From the IMG/VR virus record IMGVR_UViG_3300032088_001800, positions 115,384 to 135,383 of that record: a stretch of DNA of 20,000 nucleotides; one strand, written 5' to 3'. The notes under the pieces are model-generated. The model had not been told where the DNA came from. It did no database searches and saw nothing but the letters and a program-made list of their open reading frames with translations. The stretch is from an uncultured virus (IMG/VR IMGVR_UViG_3300032088_001800). Lineage: Duplodnaviria; Heunggongvirae; Uroviricota; Caudoviricetes. This document shows positions 16,355-20,000 of this stretch, piece after piece. The position numbers were made by a program, and so were the translations under genes. How positions within the stretch are numbered: position 1 is the first letter of the stretch; every line of letters begins with the position of its first letter.

Positions 16355-17938
16355 ATGTCGAAATCATTAGATGGCGTTCTTATTAAGAAGGCTAACAAGC
16401 AAGAAACATTTAACGAAGAGCAAATTGCAGACCTAATGGCCTGTATGGATCCGGATACAGGATACTTATACTTTGCTCGTAAGTTTGCATTCATACAACA
16501 TCCTGTACAAGGCAAGTTGTTGTTTGATCCGTATGAATATCAGTTACGTCTAATGCACTCGTATCACAGCTATCGCTTTAATATTAATATGATGCCTAGA
16601 CAAACAGGCAAAACCACATGTGCTAGTATATACCTAGCATGGTATGCAATGTTTGTTCCGGACCAAACTGTACTCGTTGCAGCACACAAATATACTGGTG
16701 CGCAAGAAATTATGGCACGTATACGTTTTGTATACGAAACATGTCCAGATCATATTAGAGCAGGAGTTACAAGTTACAATAAAGGTTCAATTGAGTTTGA
16801 AAATGGTTCACGTATAGTAGCACAAACAACTACTGGAAATACTGGACGTGGTATGAGTATTTCATTACTATACTGTGACGAGTTTGCGTTTGTGCAACCT
16901 AACATCGCAGAAGAGTTTTGGACTTCGATATCACCTACACTAGCAACAGGCGGTCGTGCTATTATTACTAGTACACCTAACAGTGACGAAGACACATTTG
17001 CTACTATTTGGAAACAAGCAGAAGAGAAGTTTGACGCACACGGCAATGAAACTGAACTAGGGTCAAATGGCTTTCATAGTTTTGTTGCTGAATGGAACGA
17101 ACATCCTGATAGAGACGAAGAATGGAAAGCCGCAGAAATTGGACGTATCGGCGAAGAAAAGTTTAGACGTGAATACGGGTGTGAATTCTTAGTATTTGAC
17201 GAAACATTAATCAATAGTATTAAACTTGCGGCTATGGAAGGTATAACGCCTACAATAAATATGGGCCAGACACGTTGGTACAAAAAGCCTACAAATCAAT
17301 ATACGTACTGTATAGCACTTGATCCTAGTATGGGCACTGGCGGCGACTTTGCTGCTATACAAGTATTTGAATTACCTAGTTACGAACAAGTAGCAGAGTG
17401 GCAACACAATCAAACTGCTATTCCTGGGCAAATAAGAGTACTAGCAGATATTTGCAATTACATACAACAAGAAACTAATAATCCACAAGGTATATATTGG
17501 TCAGTTGAAAACAATGGTATCGGTGAAGCATGTTTAATTGTAATACAGGATTTTGGCGAAGAAAATATACCCGGGCTATTTGTAAGTGAACCCATACGTA
17601 AAGGACATGTACGTAAGTTCCGTAAAGGATTTAACACAACACATGGAACAAAAATTACAGCATGTAGTAGATTAAAGACAATGGTTGAAAACGATAAAAT
17701 GACTATTCAGTCTAAACCATTGATTAGCGAACTAAAAGGTTTTGTTGCTACAGGTAGTAGCTATCAAGCAAAGTCAGGAATGACAGATGATTTAGTAAGT
17801 GCAACACTACTATCATTAAGAATGATCGAAGTACTAAAAGATTGGGATCCAAGAGTGTATGATACATTTAATCAAGCAGAACAAGATTTAGACGAATCTG
17901 ATATGCCTATGCCAATCTTCATAAGTACAAACTATTAA
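16355..17938 (+). CDS. terL: Terminase large subunit (T4 gp17-like)
   Basis: YEYQ adenine motif, Walker A MPRQTGKTT, Walker B LLYCDEFAF, coupling motif ITSTPN, FRREYGCEF, nuclease ALDPSMG and DDLV. Start placed at 16355 because the track start at 16328 lies inside the terminator. Confidence 0.96.
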   Translation: MSKSLDGVLIKKANKQETFNEEQIADLMACMDPDTGYLYFARKFAFIQHPVQGKLLFDPYEYQLRLMHSYHSYRFNINMMPRQTGKTTCASIYLAWYAMFVPDQTVLVAAHKYTGAQEIMARIRFVYETCPDHIRAGVTSYNKGSIEFENGSRIVAQTTTGNTGRGMSISLLYCDEFAFVQPNIAEEFWTSISPTLATGGRAIITSTPNSDEDTFATIWKQAEEKFDAHGNETELGSNGFHSFVAEWNEHPDRDEEWKAAEIGRIGEEKFRREYGCEFLVFDETLINSIKLAAMEGITPTINMGQTRWYKKPTNQYTYCIALDPSMGTGGDFAAIQVFELPSYEQVAEWQHNQTAIPGQIRVLADICNYIQQETNNPQGIYWSVENNGIGEACLIVIQDFGEENIPGLFVSEPIRKGHVRKFRKGFNTTHGTKITACSRLKTMVENDKMTIQSKPLISELKGFVATGSSYQAKSGMTDDLVSATLLSLRMIEVLKDWDPRVYDTFNQAEQDLDESDMPMPIFISTNY

Positions 17939-17945
17939 AAGAGTT

Positions 17946-17953
17946 GATAAATA
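17946..17953 (+). promoter_or_regulatory. Late promoter (GATAAATA), 4 nt upstream of ATG 17958
   Basis: GATAAATA-CATT-ATG; no SD after the motif. Confidence 0.7.
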
Positions 17954-17957
17954 CATT

Positions 17958-19925
17958 ATGAAAGACTTAAACAAAATAAGCAACGAATTGTTTAGCAAAA
18001 TAAGAGGACGGTTCAAGGACGTAACAATCGGAGACGAAGATGCTACGCCTACAAACGATCCAATGAGTGCTAGATTTTTTGATTTTCCGTTTGCAGCAAA
18101 TGACAAGTCCTTAGGGCAAGTTAGTATCAGTGTAAGCGAAAATGAAATTACAGTTATTTACAGTAATGAGTTAGTAACTAATGAAGACGAATTAACTAAA
18201 AAATCTTGGTACGATTTTTTGAAAGAGCTAAGACAATTTGCACGTAAACGTTTGCTTAATTTTGATACAAGAAATATAAACAAGTCAAATTTAAATAAAA
18301 GAGATTATAAATTTTTAGCTCAAAAGTCTGGGGACAATAACATGAATGAAACAAAGTTATATGGTACATCACGTATAAGCTACCAAAAGATAGGTGAAGC
18401 ACGTATAATGATTAAGCACACTGAGAGCGTTAATCAAGAAACTGCTACAGGGCGTACACAAAAAATAGGAAAGATTTATATTGAATCATCTGACGGTGAA
18501 CGATTCCGTTATCCATTTAAACACCTTAGTGGTGCAAGAGCAATGGCTAGACATGTTAGCGAAGGTGGAAATGCCTATGACGATTTTGGTAAGCATATTG
18601 TAGGCTTATCAGAAGAGATGGCAAAATTACGCAAGTTCAAAAATTATATGGGTCGTTCAGCTGTAATGGCAGAAAGCCTATCAGGATATACGGACATTGT
18701 TAAAGAGCGTATTGCTACAGTTAAGAAAACAATCGAGAGCTTACAAAAGCCAGCATATTACAAAGAAACATTTGAAGCATTTGAATCCCCAGTTCTAGAA
18801 GATGTTCCAAGTGATGTTGCTGAAAATTGGATTGACGAATTAACTATCAAACAATTTAATGAAGAACTAGCAGATGTATTTCCGTACATATATAAACTAA
18901 TCGGCGAAGCTACAAAAGCAAAATTAGTAGGGCCAGAAGAGCTAGAAGAAAAAATGACTAAGCTCCAAGCAAGTAAGTATACTTGTGAAGATTGCGGATG
19001 TCAAATGCATAACTGTAAGCCAGACTGTGATTGCAAGCACGACTCGCACGATGAAACAGGTAGCTGGTGGAAAGACGAAAACGGCAACGGCATTCCAGAC
19101 GTAATGGAAGGTTCAGGCTTACAGTATCATACTGGTGTTAAAAAGCACGGTAAAGAATACATGGACAAAGCAGCAGCCGCAGGACGTGACGGCGCTTCAC
19201 AAGAAGAGCTAGGCGCACTAAAAGACAAGTATAGCAAAGCTGAAAAGAATAAAAAGACCAAAGAAGAAATTGAACTAGAAGCAGCATTTGAAGAAACTAT
19301 GGGTCAGTTCTCAGATACTGTATGTGAAGAGTGCGGTAACCAAAGTTGGAAGAACGTATCAGAAGAAAAGAAAAAAGGTAGTCACGGTAAAGTGTGCTGG
19401 AAAGGTTATCGCAGAGGCAAAGGTAATAGTTGTCACAAGATGGGCGAAACTGAAGAAGGTAATGCCTACTCAGGTGCTGTAGCAAAAGCTAAAATGAACG
19501 GCAAGAAAAAAGGCGACAAGATAGACGGACCAGACGGTGACGAGATTACACTTGAAAAAGAACAAAAGACACCATTAGGCGAATTCATACTAAGTTACTT
19601 TGATAGAGACAACGGCGTATTTCCAAAAGGCGAAACAGCAGTATTAACAATGATCGAAAAAGACTACGGAGAGCAGTTCATAGATCCTGCTAAGGCTTTC
19701 ATCGAACAAATAACAGCAAAGTTTGACGAATTCCAAATGCGTACACAACCACAACAAATGGAAGCAAGCGGACCATGTCACGGTTGTTCGGGAGCAGGCC
19801 ATGAAATGGGTAACCCAGGAAAAGCATGTCCAGACTGCGGTGGCACAGGAAAAAGTACAGAAAAAATGGAAGCACCAGACACAAGCGAGTACGACAGAAT
19901 AAGAGAGTTAGCTGGTTTAAGATAA
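17958..19925 (+). CDS. Large modular late protein (putative processed internal head protein/polyprotein)
   Basis: 655-aa ORF: globular-looking N-half, then short Cys/His- and Lys/Gly-rich cassettes separated by x-x-E sites, a CxxCxGxG pair, and C-terminal RIRELAGLR. Confidence 0.8.
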   Translation: MKDLNKISNELFSKIRGRFKDVTIGDEDATPTNDPMSARFFDFPFAANDKSLGQVSISVSENEITVIYSNELVTNEDELTKKSWYDFLKELRQFARKRLLNFDTRNINKSNLNKRDYKFLAQKSGDNNMNETKLYGTSRISYQKIGEARIMIKHTESVNQETATGRTQKIGKIYIESSDGERFRYPFKHLSGARAMARHVSEGGNAYDDFGKHIVGLSEEMAKLRKFKNYMGRSAVMAESLSGYTDIVKERIATVKKTIESLQKPAYYKETFEAFESPVLEDVPSDVAENWIDELTIKQFNEELADVFPYIYKLIGEATKAKLVGPEELEEKMTKLQASKYTCEDCGCQMHNCKPDCDCKHDSHDETGSWWKDENGNGIPDVMEGSGLQYHTGVKKHGKEYMDKAAAAGRDGASQEELGALKDKYSKAEKNKKTKEEIELEAAFEETMGQFSDTVCEECGNQSWKNVSEEKKKGSHGKVCWKGYRRGKGNSCHKMGETEEGNAYSGAVAKAKMNGKKKGDKIDGPDGDEITLEKEQKTPLGEFILSYFDRDNGVFPKGETAVLTMIEKDYGEQFIDPAKAFIEQITAKFDEFQMRTQPQQMEASGPCHGCSGAGHEMGNPGKACPDCGGTGKSTEKMEAPDTSEYDRIRELAGLR

Positions 19926-19949
19926 TCAGCTAACCCCTTTAAGTTTTTA
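19907..19949 (+). terminator. Hairpin/terminator spanning the stop codon of the 655-aa gene
   Basis: GTTAGCTGGTT-TAAGAT-AATCAGCTAAC, an 11-bp stem with one G-U pair, followed by T-rich sequence. Confidence 0.62.
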
Positions 19950-19971
19950 TGTTTTTTCTTTAAAAAAAGAC

Positions 19972-19999
19972 TTGACAAAGTTTGTAGAGATGTTATACT
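19972..19999 (+). promoter_or_regulatory. Sigma70-type (early/middle) promoter for a gene beyond the window
   Basis: TTGACA (19972-19977), 16-nt spacer, TATACT (19994-19999) with extended -10 TGn; A/T tracts upstream resemble an UP element. Confidence 0.78.
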
Positions 20000-20000
20000 A

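Noticed and set aside
16355..17938. Intron or intein in the large terminase
   Set aside because: ORF is continuous and of normal size, with ATPase and nuclease motifs in the expected order and no splicing or homing-endonuclease insert seen.
1..20000. Stop-codon reassignment (alternative genetic code)
   Set aside because: Genes are full-length and tile densely under the standard code; TAG (14344) and TGA (15464) both serve as plausible stops.
1..20000. tRNA, CRISPR array, or diversity-generating retroelement
   Set aside because: Intergenic gaps are short and accounted for by promoters and terminators; no cloverleaf, repeat-spacer array, reverse transcriptase or template/variable repeat pair was seen by eye.

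Overview
This window is a densely coding, AT-rich segment of a large T4-related (myovirus/jumbo-type) phage genome, read in the standard genetic code, covering the virion morphogenesis region. In order it holds: a partial structural gene, an S8 subtilisin-like protease, a fibre-like protein with a C-terminal cupredoxin-like motif, a minus-strand block (hypothetical, cupin, Nudix, gp15-like, gp14-like), a divergent gp13-like neck gene, a dNMP-kinase-like gene under a sigma70 promoter, an HNH/Zn protein, an enlarged tail sheath, tail tube, a tube/baseplate-like protein, gp4-like head-completion nuclease, a putative small terminase, two putative internal head proteins, the large terminase, and a 655-aa modular protein. 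Four observations stand out. (1) The 655-aa protein looks like a polyprotein: short Cys/Zn, CWKGY and DnaJ-finger-like cassettes separated by putative prohead-protease (hydrophobic-x-E) sites, ending in an ELAGL tail; two neighbours carry T4-like capsid-targeting N-termini. (2) A G(A/C/G)TAA(N)TA late-promoter motif sits 4-5 nt before the ATG in six genes, implying leaderless late mRNAs, and one copy is a 14-bp palindrome that could fire in both directions. (3) A fibre-like protein carries a complete type-1 copper ligand set. (4) A short Trp-containing beta-module recurs in the sheath, neck, tail-terminator and fibre proteins. All protein assignments come from motif recognition and gene context; no database search was run.
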